Shown: positions 1-12,306, counted from the first letter of the stretch. The stretch: DNA of 45,876 nt from Octopus bimaculoides (GCF_001194135.2 NC_068985.1:5325785-5371660), one strand, 5' to 3'. Program-made: numbers and translations. Notes: a model not told the origin generated them from the sequence alone.

Positions 1-155
1 CGATTGAAAATAATAAAAATTATGCAATGAAATAATAATTATGAAAGCTTACTTCAACCAAAACATGGAAACGCAATGCAAAACCTGACAGGGCTCAAAC
101 GTTTGTCTCGGATTTTGTTTCTCGATTTTCTTACAAAGGCTAGATCTGAATTCTA

Positions 156-312
156 GACGTGGGTGTGTGGTTAAAAGCGTTTACTACAACAGCATGGATC
201 CGAGTTCAGACTCATTACGTGGCATTTTGGACAAGTATCTTTTTGTTTTATAGCCTATGGCCGACAAAAGCCTTGTGAGGGGGTTCGGTTGACAGAAACA
301 AAAAGAAGCATA
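156..312 (+). mobile_element. SINE family A (octopus-type tRNA-derived SINE), degraded 5' half
   Basis: Aligns with the better copy at 7164 (gcgtggctgtgtggtaagaag...tatagcctcgggccg...ttgtgagtggatttggtag...aaagaa) and is followed by the family's internal AT/GT microsatellite. Confidence 0.75.
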
Positions 313-314
313 TG

Positions 315-362
<48 letters not shown>

Positions 363-647
363 GGTGTGTGTGTGTGTCGGTGTTTTCCCTCCACACGCCT
401 TGCAAATCGTATATCAGATTGCTTGTCTGAAGCACGTGACCTAGTTCTTCGTGTTTCATTCTTGTGCTCTTGTAATATATTCTAAATGACAAGATGTCAC
501 ATGTTGTGCGATGACTCATGAAATCTTTCTTTTTCATTCATTTGTGTGTGGTTCTTGTATTTTCCTAGGGACAGCATCGGTTGTATCAATGCGGATGAAT
601 TTGTTCGTCATGGTCAGTTGGGCATTTCTTACCTCCAAGAAAGACAA

Positions 648-906
648 TTCGGCAGGTTCTTGCTGAACAACCTCTGCACAGAGAATTTATACATTGTGAT
701 CAAATTCTTGTGGAGTACGTTATCTCATTCCCTATAATAAATCGATTTCGCCTGAACAAGTGTATGGTGTGCCACACGTCAAATGTCACAGTGATCGGAG
801 AACAACGGGAAATCAAATGTTTGGTTCAAGAACGTAAAACAGATTCGAAACTACAATCTCGTAACCGTTAGTGCAGACCTCTAACCAGTAGGCCACGCGC
901 CCTCAC
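648..906 (-). mobile_element. SINE family D (tRNA head, CORE-like body)
   Basis: Minus strand starts gagggcgcgtggcctactggttagagg (A box) ... gtttcgaatc (B-box-like). A related head is at 22304-22381. Confidence 0.7.
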
Positions 907-1253
907 ATGGATCAATACGTCATACTATGGATGAATACCTCATTAAAAGATATTACGAATTTTTTCAAAAAGATTACAAAATGCTAAGCTGTGTCTATTA
1001 AAGTGAACGTCAGCTGTAGTATTTTACAGATGGCGCTGTTATCATTAATATATGTATATACCTTATTAGAGACAATGCAATTCTATATTTGGTTGTTATA
1101 GTTACATTCGCACGTATATGTTTGTGTGTATATGTGTCTGTTATGTTGTGTGTATCTGTTTACGTGTGTATGCATGTGTGACAGTGAACTAATGTGTACG
1201 TAAATAAAACCCGTCTCCCGCATTCAGTACGCTTTTGCGCTGCTCGATCTTAC

Positions 1254-1374
1254 TCCAATATTTCTTCCGTATATTTCCAGGGAGTCCATCTTGGCAACGA
1301 ACATCAATAGTTCCGAGTGGAAATGAGGGAGATCTTTATAACTCTCTGCCAAATCGGAAATGGAATCAACTGCT
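1254..1374 (-). CDS. Weak candidate coding exon, unknown product ([40 protein letters not shown])
   Basis: 40 open codons between tttgcag and GGA|GTAAGA. The acceptor is weak; an in-frame alternative ttttctag lies 21 nt upstream. No family recognised. Confidence 0.25.
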
Positions 1375-1439
1375 CTGCAAACGGTTGTTTTAGTGCTAGA
1401 AAATGTAGCCTGCCGCTATATATGCAAAGAATTTGAATA

Positions 1440-1469
1440 TGCATGTATGTATGTATACATCTATCTATG

Positions 1470-1517
<48 letters not shown>

Positions 1518-1521
1518 ATCC

Positions 1522-1556
<35 letters not shown>

Positions 1557-1578
1557 CACTGTCTGTCGGTCTCTGTCT
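1440..1578. repeat. Compound microsatellite (TATG)n-(ATCT)n-(GTCT)n
   Basis: Seen directly. Confidence 0.95.
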
Positions 1579-1785
1579 CTCTGTATTTCTGCATATAACT
1601 TTATTTTGCTCCATTCTAAACAAAGCTGTCCGACGAACGGGAACGTGAAACTCTGAGTAAGAGGTTTGTGATATTTTTGCAGATTTTTGATAAAGTATTT
1701 ACATGTGTGTGTGTTCGTGTCTGTGCGCGCGCGCGCGCGTGAGTGCGTGCGTGTTTGTGTGTTCATGTATATATGAACACTCTTC

Positions 1786-1845
<60 letters not shown>

Positions 1846-1858
1846 TAGATATCTATGT

Positions 1859-2038
1859 ACTTCGTCTGTGTTTAAACGTTCTGAGTTCATATTCCACCGA
1901 GGTCCACTTTGCCTTTCATCTTTCGGGGTCGACTAAATAAGTACCAGTTACGCACTGGAGTCGATGTAATCGACTTAAACCCTTTGTGTGTCCTTGTTTG
2001 TCTCCTCTGTGTTTAGCCCCATGTGACCAATAAAAAAA
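1859..2038 (+). mobile_element. SINE family B, 5'-truncated
   Basis: acgttctgagttca..ttccaccgaggtccactttgcctttcatctttcggggtcgac...accagttacgcactggagtcgatgtaatcgac matches the copy at 36762. Confidence 0.8.
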
Positions 2039-2224
2039 ACGGTTGGGAACCGCTGGTATATAAAAAAAGGTCACTCACTTTATTGTCTACAGAACCAACT
2101 AGGCACATTAGACGAGGAAGCGTCTACGTAGCCGTTCGATCGGCTAAAACTAACAACCACATCTCCCTCAAATCATAATACATGATGTATTGGTAGGCAC
2201 CTGTTTAGAATGATTTGGATCTTA

Positions 2225-2560
2225 GGTCTGTTGAGGAAAGCGCAAGTCAAGTGGGCAGGCCACTTTGCTCGAATGCCTGACACGTGACTCCCCAAAGTTG
2301 AGAGAAAAAGCGCTTCAAGGACAGACTCAGAACTTCACATGGGAAACGCAGCACGAGACCGCCCTGGCTGGCAAAGCTGCACCAAAAGGGGCGCCACAAC
2401 TTACGAAAAGAACAAATGAGTAAAAGAAACGTGAACTACGCAAGTCCAGAGGTAACTGCTTGCCTTCAGTTCCAGCAGTCTACTATTCCTTAATCTGCGG
2501 CACAATATACCGCACACGCATCACACTGGCCCGATACACCCTGCTCCGCCTTCTCCTCCC
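2225..2560 (+). mobile_element. Degraded RTE (BovB-like) LINE ORF2 C-terminal fragment
   Basis: Translates with stops and frameshifts as LRKAQVKWAGHFARMPDT*LPK...KKRFKDRLRT...WETQHE...WQSCTKRGATTYEKNK, resembling the RTE C-terminal QLRWAGHVxRMPDxRLPK...KKRFKD motifs. Confidence 0.65.
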
Positions 2561-4278
2561 ATCTGATAACCTTGGTCATCATCGACAATGACGAACGAAC
2601 TAATAATAGATAATAATAACATACTTCCAAACAACATCATCACCAACAGCTAAAACTACCCGAATATTTCCACGTCAGAATGAACGACTGTCGTTCTTGG
2701 GTTGAAAGAATTTATTGATTAACAATAAATATTCGCTGTTCTTTCCGGAATGTTACGCGTGCATCAATGAACTCTGATGCTGGACTTTTGATACTAAAAG
2801 TCTTGTGATGAACGTGTAAATTTGTGAAAGCTACTTCTTATGTTATATTAAGAATTGACTATATGGTCTTAGTTTGCTCTCTAGGTGAAAGTCAATTGTA
2901 GCTGCCCTTAGGAATATCTCATGACCCAGTCTAATTAATTTTCCTGGTTGTTACAGTCTGTCCGTACGAAAGCTTCTGTTTAAAACTATGTTCTTAGTAT
3001 TTGTCTTGTCACCTTTGTTACAGTTGTAAAGGAAATTGTAATTATATTAAGGCAATCCTTCTTCCTTCTCGATATGTTACGCAAACATAAACATTTCGAT
3101 ATATAAATACAAGAGTGAGCGAGTATCTGCGCATTTCTGTTTGACGAACTTTGTGTGTATTTATCTGGCTTTGGATGTGTGCGTTTATCTGACTTTCTAT
3201 GTATGTATGTATGTATGTATGTATGTATGTATGTATGTATGTATGTATGATTTTGTTCATATGTCTCTGTGTATATTGAAGAATACAAATATTTTGACCC
3301 GAACAATATTTGTCGTACAATAATCACACGAACAAAGTCAATTTTATACAATTGAACGTTAAATCACAATTCGAAGCACGTTCTTTAGGTAATTATATGT
3401 AAAATATAAAACAACTGCAAATATTTGGAAGCGCATGGTTCCAAAGCAATGTCGACTCTTTATAGCTGGATTTATGTTGCCCACTTAAGATGAAGGCAAG
3501 TGTTGTATGTGTTGCCAAAATGAGAAATATAATTGATACATTCATTGATTATCGTGGTCACATGACGAATCCTCTCAACATTCGTTGGATAGTGTTAATG
3601 AAAAGTTTGAAGTAATTCCCACACTGGAATCCCATGAAATTTCAGGAAACAAAATGATGTCGATCATAACCATATTTACGAGAACACAGAACAAATAGGC
3701 AAATATACGATCACAACCTTCGTTTAGACATAAATATGGAGGATTTTTATAGATATATAAACTCTTACAAGTTTCATAGTTGCTTGCAGTAATAAGAAAT
3801 TATACGTGAATACAAACGTGCAAATATATTTACACGTACACACACACACACACACACGCACACACACACTTACACACACGCGCAAATATATACAATGATA
3901 TATGGCTGCGTGTATGTGCGCGTTGGTGTATCTCTCTCTATATATATGTCTGTGTATACATACACACACACACACACACACATATATGTATATGTTTATA
4001 TATANNNNNNNNNNNNNNNNNNNNNNNNNNNNNNNNNNNNNNNNNNNNNNNNNNNNNNNNNNNNNNNNNNNNNNNNNNNNNNNNNNNNNNNNNNNNNNNN
4101 NNNNNNNNNNNNNNNNNNNNNNNNNNNNNNNNNNNNNNNNNNNNNNNNNNNNNNNNNNNNNNNNNNNNNNNNNNNNNNNNNNNNNNNNNNNNNNNNNNNN
4201 NNNNNNNNNNNNNNNNNNNNNNNNNNNNNNNNNNNNNNNNNNNNNNNNNNNNNNNNNNNNNNNNNNNNNNNNNNNNNN

Positions 4279-4325
<47 letters not shown>

Positions 4326-4438
4326 TATATACACGTACATATATTACATGAGTTCATAATACACACATACATCTTTGCTTACGACAGAACTATATAAATA
4401 TACACATCTATAAATATATATATATATAATTCACTTAC

Positions 4439-4519
4439 CTTATCTTTAGCCTAAGTTCAAACAAGTGGTTTATCACCCTTGTTGAACACTCTTCATACAG
4501 AGACCAATTCTAAGAATCC
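4439..4519 (-). other. Candidate 81-nt spliced exon (non-coding, or coding only via an alternative acceptor or editing)
   Basis: Minus strand shows TACTAAC branch point, tttccatcgtttgttattttcag acceptor and AG|GTAAGT donor. All three frames contain a stop. Confidence 0.4.
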
Positions 4520-4896
4520 CTGAAAATAACAAACGATGGAAACATTGTTAGTAAACGGTCGCAATATTTAATTTGAGAGATAAGGCGACACACGACTGTT
4601 TATTATGATCTGTGTACTTTGACAATGCAAACATAAATAACGGACGGTATATGTATGTGTGTATTATAAATCTATGAATGTGGCCAAGCGTGTGTGTGTG
4701 TGTTATTTGGAGTTTGGATATCAGAAGAGGAAGCAAACACTTGCTGTAGCCTCCTGTAGCAAACTAGAAGCGAACACACACGCACACACAGACGTGCGTG
4801 TGCGCGTGTATGCGGGTGTATATAAATGTACGTATGTTGTATGCGTGTGTATATACGTATATACGTATGTACCTTTTACTTTTTACTTGCTCTGGT

Positions 4897-5068
4897 AATT
4901 AGACTGCGGCCATGCTGAGGCACCAGCTTTAAGATTTTTTTAGTTGGTGAATCGACTTAATGAATCGACGCCGATGCTTGTTCTATCGGTGTCCTTTGCC
5001 GAACTGTTAAGTTACCGGGATGTAAACACACCAGCACCGATTATCAAGCGGTGCTGAGAGACAGACAT

Positions 5069-5117
<49 letters not shown>

Positions 5118-5136
5118 CATACACATGCACACGCGC

Positions 5137-5191
<55 letters not shown>

Positions 5192-5328
5192 ACGGGCTTC
5201 TTTTAGCTTCCATCTAAAAAGTCCACTCGATAGGATTCGGTAGTCCAAGGCTAGCACAGAGGGTACTTGCCGAAGGTGCCACGCATTGGAACTCAACCAG
5301 GATGCGAACCAGACATTCACACTTGCGC
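4897..5328 (-). mobile_element. SINE family A, near full length, with internal (GA)n/(CA)n
   Basis: Reverse complement has the family head, body and the tail gtgcctcagcatggccgcagtc. Confidence 0.8.
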
Positions 5329-5331
5329 CTA

Positions 5332-5356
<25 letters not shown>

Positions 5357-5363
<7 letters not shown>

Positions 5364-6052
5364 AATATAGGATAAAATCTTTATAAGAATTTATCAAGTA
5401 GTCAGCGTGAAAAAACCCCATAAGGAAAACAACTTATCGTTTTTTTCCCCATAAATATATATAATTTATATAAGGGCATTAACTATATAGTAATGCCTCA
5501 CGCTTAGAGGGACTAAATAAGTAAAAAAAACTACCAAAAAATAAGCAACATATTTACCGAAACCGAGGGAAATGCAACTTTCAAAAATTAATCTCCTAAA
5601 AACATTTAACTTAACGGCAAACCACTGGTTTCTCAATTAATACCACAAAACTGTGAAGTAAGCTGCATCTTTTGTTCATCAGTACACGTATGGTCGAGAC
5701 ACATAAAAAATAAACAAAAATCAACATACCACGATGTACCCAACACAGTACGATGACTTCTGTTCATCATTATATATCCGTGAAAGAGGTTAGAATTTAT
5801 CCGGTTACATCTCGGTAACACGTGCTTATACAGAATAATATTCAGCACTGAATATATTCTAATTATTTATAATATAATATAGGATAAAATCTTTATAAGA
5901 ATTTATCGAGTAGTCAACGTGAAAAAACCCCATAAGGAAAAAAACTCATCGTTTTTTTCCCCATAAATGTATATAATTTATATAAGGGCATTAACTATAT
6001 AGTAATGCCTCACGCTTAGAGGGACTAAATAAGTCAAAAACTACCAAAAAAT
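5357..6052. repeat. ~185-bp direct repeat with 512-bp period; second copy cut by a gap; possibly a Penelope-like pseudo-LTR
   Basis: 5357-5542 and 5869-6052 are about 95% identical by eye (gataaaatct starts at 5371 and 5883). The element assignment is inference. Confidence 0.8.
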
Positions 6053-7163
6053 NNNNNNNNNNNNNNNNNNNNNNNNNNNNNNNNNNNNNNNNNNNNNNNN
6101 NNNNNNNNNNNNNNNNNNNNNNNNNNNNNNNNNNNNNNNNNNNNNNNNNNNNNNNNNNNNNNNNNNNNNNNNNNNNNNNNNNNNNNNNNNNNNNNNNNNN
6201 NNNNNNNNNNNNNNNNNNNNNNNNNNNNNNNNNNNNNNNNNNNNNNTATATATATATATATATATATATTTTATATGTATACTTACGTTCGAAAACCATA
6301 TAAATCTACACAAAATTCGGTTGATATTAAAGAAATGATCGGAATATTTCATAATTCGTGAATTAGAATTTGAACTCGTATCTCCGCAAAATTATTTTTA
6401 TCTCTAGTTTAAAACAGAAACAAACAATAAAAACAAATAATTCACTTCTTTCTCTCTCGGTATGTTCCTAACTATATCAGTCAACTAACTCAATATAATA
6501 TAATTGACTAAATAACTACTTGTTTGTACTATTTCTCTATTCTGATAACGTATGAAATAACGAAACAGCCTGTCTATAAATGTAGGATAAATATTAAATA
6601 CATGGTGTGTGTCCAAAACTAGGTCTACAGTTATGAAAAAAGAAAACACGTACAATACTCATATATTTTTATCAAAGAGACTAAAAGTTACGATAAAACT
6701 ATTATGATTAATGACACTGAAAATATAAAAATGAGGCTAACTTTTAATTTTTTTTTATAAAAATATATTAGTATTTTACACGTTTTTTTTTTCGTAACTG
6801 TATACCTAGTTTTGCACCATGTATATTCAAAGTATCCCACTTGTTCACAATGAAGCATAAAATGTCTTTCGCATTCTTTGTCACGATTAATAGCAGAAGC
6901 AATGTTGAGGAACAAAAATATGTTATGGCAGTAGTGGTTCACTTTCATTTGCACATTTACTTGCGTAGCAGGATGTCTTCACATCCATCGAGACTGACAT
7001 GCCTGACTCGCTTTTTCGAATTGTAAAAACATCTGAAAGAACACACGTGGATTATGATACTAAAGAAAGGGATTAGGATTAAGAAAATTTCCAAAACATC
7101 TTATTTGAAGTTAAATTGACTGCTTACACTTTGATAGAAGAGAAAATGAATCGAGGATATTTA

Positions 7164-7852
7164 GGCGTGGCTGTGTGGTAAGAAGCTTGCTTCCTAACCA
7201 CATGGATCTCGGTTCAGTCCCGCTGCATCGTGCCTTGGAAAAGTGTCTTCTACTATAGCCTCGGGCCGCCCAAAGACTTGTGAGTGGATTTGGTAGATAG
7301 AAACTAAAAGAAACCCGTCGTGTATACATGTATATATGTCTGTGTGTGTATGTATGTGTGTGTGTGTGTGATTGTCTGTGTCTGTGTCCTTGTGTTTGTG
7401 CTTGTCCCCCATCATCACAGCTTGACAACGGGTGTTGGTGTGTTTATGTCCCCGTAATTAAGCGGTTCGTGGAGGCGCATGGCTTAGTGGTTAGGGTGTC
7501 AGCATCACGATCGTAACATTGTGGTTTCGATTCCTGGACCGGGCGACGCGTTGTGTTCTTGAGCAAAACACTTCATTTCACGTTGCTCCAGTCCACTCAG
7601 CGGGCAAAAATGAGCAACGCTGCGATGGACTGGCGTCCCGTCCAGCTGGGGAACACATACGCCATTGAAACCGGGAAACCGGGCCCATGAGCCTGGCTAG
7701 GCTTTGAAAGGGCGGATTTATTTATTTATTTATTTAATTAAGCGGTCAAATAGATACTAAGCTTAAAAGTTAAGTCTCGGAGTCGATTTGCTCGACCAAA
7801 ACCCTTGAGGGTGATGCTCCAGCATGGCCGCGGTCAAATGACTGAAACAAGT
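7164..7852 (+). mobile_element. SINE family A, full length, interrupted by another SINE
   Basis: Head ggcgtggctgtgtggtaagaagcttgcttcc, internal microsatellite, tail gctccagcatggccgcggtcaaatgactgaaacaagt. Confidence 0.9.
7467..7734 (+). mobile_element. tRNA-derived CORE-like SINE with (ATTT)n tail and 12-bp TSD
   Basis: A box tggcttagtgg, B box gtttcgattcc, CORE-like ttgtgttcttgagcaaaacacttcatttc. TSD taattaagcggt at 7455-7466 and 7735-7746. Confidence 0.9.
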
Positions 7853-8224
7853 CGGAGAGTATCTATGTTACAGAGCCGTGTCAATTCCAGTTTATTTGTT
7901 TTCTCTTTCATTTCCTTCCCTTATCTTTCTCATTCGAAATGAAGAAAGCTATTTCAATGCTCTGCTTGAATATAATATAATTAAATAATTGACTCTCTGT
8001 TGTTCGACTATTCTATATTAATGAGATATAAGCTACGGAAGCAGGCTGTCTATTGATAACAGTTAAATATTAAATCTATAGTATTTAGAGGCTGTTTTTA
8101 GTAACGATAATTTTGGAAACCAAACGAAACTATTGGCTGATACTGTAAAAAGTCTAAACATGAGGCACAGACACATACATACATGCATGCATGCATACAT
8201 ACATACATACATACATACATACAT

Positions 8225-8471
8225 GTAGAGGCGCAATAGCCCAGTGGTTAGGGCAGCGGACTCCCGGTCGTAGGATCGCGGTTTCGATTCCCAGACCGAG
8301 CGTTGTGAGTGTTTATTGAGCGAAAACACGTAAAGTTCCACGAGGCTCCGGCAGGGGATGGTGGCGAACCCTGCTGTACTCTTTCACCACGACTTTCTCT
8401 CACCCTTTCTTCCTGTTTCTGTTGTACCTGTATTTCTGTGTCACGCTGAATCTCCCCGAGAACTACGTTAA
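8225..8471 (+). mobile_element. SINE family C, 3'-truncated, with a 21-bp internal deletion
   Basis: A/B boxes tagcccagtgg and gtttcgattcc. Collinear with the reverse complement of 9016-9281 except that aaagggccagccttgtcacac is missing. Confidence 0.9.
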
Positions 8472-9372
8472 ATATCCTAACATCACCCAGTAAGACCTTT
8501 GTCAGCCGCTCTCCAGCTATCAATTTAAAATTGTATACGACAATGGTACGTCCGCACTTAGAATTTGCATCACCATTCTGGAGCCCCTATCTTGCTCAGC
8601 ATATAAAACTCTTGAAAACTGTTCAGAAACGTCCAACAAAACGAATACCTGCCGTCAGACATCTAACGTACTCTGAACGTATTGCTTCCCTGGACATGAA
8701 CACATTAAATCTCAGGCGCCTGGAAGCTGACTTGGTAGACACCCACAAGATTATCCACCATCTTTCCAACAACAACCTTGGGCACCTTTTTGAATTCCAT
8801 ATGTCTAACACTTGTGGACATGCTCATAAAATCAGAAAATATCACAGCACCCATGACTTTCGGAAACATATTTTTACGCTCAGAATTGTTGTTGTTGTTG
8901 TTGTTGGCACTCCGTCGCTTACGACGTCGAGGGTTCCAGTTGATCCGATCAATGGAACAGCCTGCTCGTGAAATTAACGTGCAAGTGGCTGAGCATTCCA
9001 CAGACACGTGTACTCTTAACGTAGTTTTCGGGGATATTCAGCGTGACACAGTGTGACAAGGCTGGCCCTTTGAAATACAGGTACAACAGAAACAGGAAGA
9101 AGGAGTGAGAGAAAGTTGTGATGAAAGAGTACAGCAGGGTTCGCCACCATCCCCTGCCGGAGCCTAGTGGGGCTTCAGGTGTTTTCGCTCAATAAACACT
9201 CACAACGCCCGGTCTGGGAATCGAAACCGCGATCCTACGACCGCCAGTCCGCTGCTTTAACCACTGGGCCATTGCGCCTCTAATCAGAATTGTTGAAGCA
9301 TGGAATAAACTACCTGCATCAGTCGTTATCTGTCGAGACATTACATCCTGCAAAACTTCCATGCCATCAGGT
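8472..9372 (+). mobile_element. 5'-truncated CR1-like LINE, ORF2 C-terminus, split by a SINE
   Basis: SKTFVSRSPAINLKLYTTMVRPHLEFASPFWSPY...LRRLEADLVDTHKII...RKHIFTLRIV, resuming in frame after the SINE as EAWNKLPASVVICRDITSCKTS. This matches CR1/L2-group motifs VRPHLEY.S.VW.P and RVV..WN.LP..VV. Confidence 0.9.
8892..9283 (-). mobile_element. SINE family C, full length, with (CAA)n tail and 12-bp TSD
   Basis: TSD tcagaattgttg at 8880-8891 and 9284-9295; tRNA-like head ends near 9281. Confidence 0.92.
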
Positions 9373-9553
9373 GTACACTGTTGACTTTTTTATCTTTCAG
9401 CAAGACCATGGATTCGTGTTCGCATGACAGCCTTCCCATAGCAGAAATATGGCGTTGGGCCTTCACTAGACTTACTTCTCGAAGACCCTGTTCTCATCCA
9501 CATTGGACGAAAATACCTAAAGGTAACCCCTCCAAACCAATAACAGCTACTTG

Positions 9554-9603
<50 letters not shown>

Positions 9604-9837
9604 GTCTAAGTGGATTAGAGAAACAGGAAATGAAGTGGATCGTCCACGGACACGATATACCACCCTGTCCGGGAATCGAGCCTAGGACTTTACAATCATG
9701 AAGCTACCACCTTAAAATCTAGGCTACGTACTCTCACACTCGAAAAATAAAATTCGTAAAATAAAGTAAATTTGTGTGTCGTGAGTATGTATATATGTAT
9801 GTATGTATTTCTGTATGTATGTATATATGTATGTATG

Positions 9838-9871
<34 letters not shown>

Positions 9872-10836
9872 TGTATGTATGTATGTATGTGTATGTATGT
9901 ATGCATGTACTTATGTATGTATGTCTGTATGTATATATGTATGCGTGTGTATGTATGCATNNNNNNNNNNNNNNNNNNNNNNNNNNNNNNNNNNNNNNNN
10001 NNNNNNNNNNNNNNNNNNNNNNNNNNNNNNNNNNNNNNNNNNNNNNNNNNNNNNNNNNNNNNNNNNNNNNNNNNNNNNNNNNNNNNNNNNNNNNNNNNNN
10101 NNNNNNNNNNNNNNNNNNNNNNNNNNNNNNNNNNNNNNNNNNNNNNNNNNNNNNNNNNNNNNNNNNNNNNNNNNNNNNNNNNNNNNNNNNNNNNNNNNNN
10201 NNNNNNNNNNNNNNNNNNNNNNNNNNNNNNNNNNNNNNNNNNNNNNNNNNNNNNNNNNNNNNNNNNNNNNNNNNNNNNNNNNNNNNNNNNNNNNNNNNNN
10301 NNNNNNNNNNNNNNNNNNNNNNNNNNNNNNNNNNNNNNNNNNNNNNNNNNNNNNNNNNNNNNNNNNNNNNNNNNNNNNNNNNNNNNNNNNNNNNNNNNNN
10401 NNNNNNNNNNNNNNNNNNNNNNNNNNNNNNNNNNNNNNNNNNNNNNNNNNNNNNNNNNNNNNNNNNNNNNNNNNNNNNNNNNNNNNNNNNNNNNNNNNNN
10501 NNNNNNNNNNNNNNNNNNNNNNNNNNNNNNNNNNNNNNNNNNNNNNNNNNNNNNNNNNNNNNNNNNNNNNNNNNNNNNNNNNNNNNNNNNNNNNNNNNNN
10601 NNNNNNTGTATGTGTATATGTATGCATGTATGTATATATGTGTGTATGCATGTGCATATATGTATCTGTATATGTATGCATGTTTGTGTGTGTCTATGCA
10701 TGGCTGTATATATGTGTGTATGTATGTATTAATTGTATGTATGCATGTATGTGTATATATGTGTGTAGGTATAGAAAACTTTTAGCGATCGGAGCAGCAG
10801 CGTTCTTTATAGATGAGAAGGTAAAAACAACAACAA

Positions 10837-10837
<1 letters not shown>

Positions 10838-10916
<79 letters not shown>

Positions 10917-10933
10917 CAATAATAATAATAATA
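10838..10933. repeat. (AAT)n microsatellite
   Basis: Seen directly. Confidence 0.95.
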
Positions 10934-11326
10934 AAAACATACTTAATATTGTTTCAGGAAAGGTTTTAGTTTTCCACGACTACTTTTGGTAATTTTTTTT
11001 TTTTGTGTTCTTTTTGTGAACACGTATATTCTAGTAAGTATGGAAGGGTTATCGCTTTTTACTCAAAGATTTCAGTCCATTAAGGCCCTACCTCTGAGAA
11101 ATAACGTTAAACGCCTAAGGATAGATAAGGATATATGTAAGTAGCTTTTAGTGTTAATATTTGCATAACAGGCCTGCGGTCGATGGCAACAATTCGGTGA
11201 TTATAAGCCACTGCCACGCGTTCTCAATATTGCTATCACAAGCGATGTGTGCAACAACAACAACAACAAAAAAATGTGACAACAACACCAGTAGCAGCAA
11301 ACACAAAATAACATCAACTACAACTT

Positions 11327-11329
<3 letters not shown>

Positions 11330-11378
<49 letters not shown>
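11330..11378. repeat. (AGT)n microsatellite
   Basis: Seen directly; produces the poly-L stretch of ORF 11154-11525. Confidence 0.95.
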
Positions 11379-11528
11379 AATAACTCCTGGTAATAGGATG
11401 AAAGACAAAACAGAGAAAATGTGTGGTAGAGAAACGGAAAGAGCTGGGCGAGGATAACGGAAAGTAATGAGAAATGTTTTTGTGATAAAAGGCAGGAGAG
11501 AAGACATCTTTAAAATAAAGTGCAAAAT

Positions 11529-11588
<60 letters not shown>

Positions 11589-12306
11589 GCAGAGAGAAAG
11601 AGAGTAGAGGGGAGTGAGACAGAGGAGAGAGGACAGACAGAGGGGAGAGGAGAGACTGGATGAAAAATGTCTAAGAGAAAGAGTAAAATATGAAGAGAAT
11701 TGAAAGTGAGAAGAGAGAAAGAGAGNNNNNNNNNNNNNNNNNNNNNNNNNNNNNNNNNNNNNNNNNNNNNNNNNNNNNNNNNNNNNNNNNNNNNNNNNNN
11801 NNNNNNNNNNNNNNNNNNNNNNNNNNNNNNNNNNNNNNNNNNNNNNNNNNNNNNNNNNNNNNNNNNNNNNNNNNNNNNNNNNNNNNNNNNNNNNNNNNNN
11901 NNNNNNNNNNNNNNNNNNNNNNNNNNNNNNNNNNNNNNNNNNNNNNNNNNNNNNNNNNNNNNNNNNNNNNNNNNNNNNNNNNNNNNNNNNNNNNNNNNNN
12001 NNNNNNNNNNNNNNNNNNNNNNNNNNNNNNNNNNNNNNNNNNNNNNNNNNNNNNNNNNNNNNNNNNNNNNNNNNNNNNNNNNNNNNNNNNNNNNNNNNNN
12101 NNNNNNNNNNNNNNNNNNTGGCTCAGAGGTTAGAGCAATCGGGTTCACAATCACGAGGCTGTAAGTTCGATTCCCCAGACCAGAATATGGAATATTCCGT
12201 CATCCCAGAAACAGCTGTAAGGTTTTGACTTTTTACCAATACTAATAATATATATGACTTGAGATGTTTTCGTTGCCTTAACGTTTGTTGTCTTCTTCAA
12301 CAATTG

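Noticed and set aside
546-737. ORF with an RGS-like FGRFLLNNLCTENL motif
   Set aside because: Most of it is the antisense strand of SINE D (648-906), so the motif match is likely chance.
2030-2056. hAT element ending ggttgggaaccgctg
   Set aside because: Only one TIR-like end; no partner TIR or TSD found.
6287-7032. Further minus-strand exons (6287-6403; 7032-6923 ending ESEPLLP*), and donors at 9478 and 13392
   Set aside because: 6287-6403 has stops in all frames, and the others lack paired strong signals. GTAAGT and 35-45-codon ORFs arise often by chance in AT-rich DNA.
7467-9283. tRNA-like sequences as tRNA genes
   Set aside because: They have A/B boxes but continue into SINE bodies with tails and TSDs.
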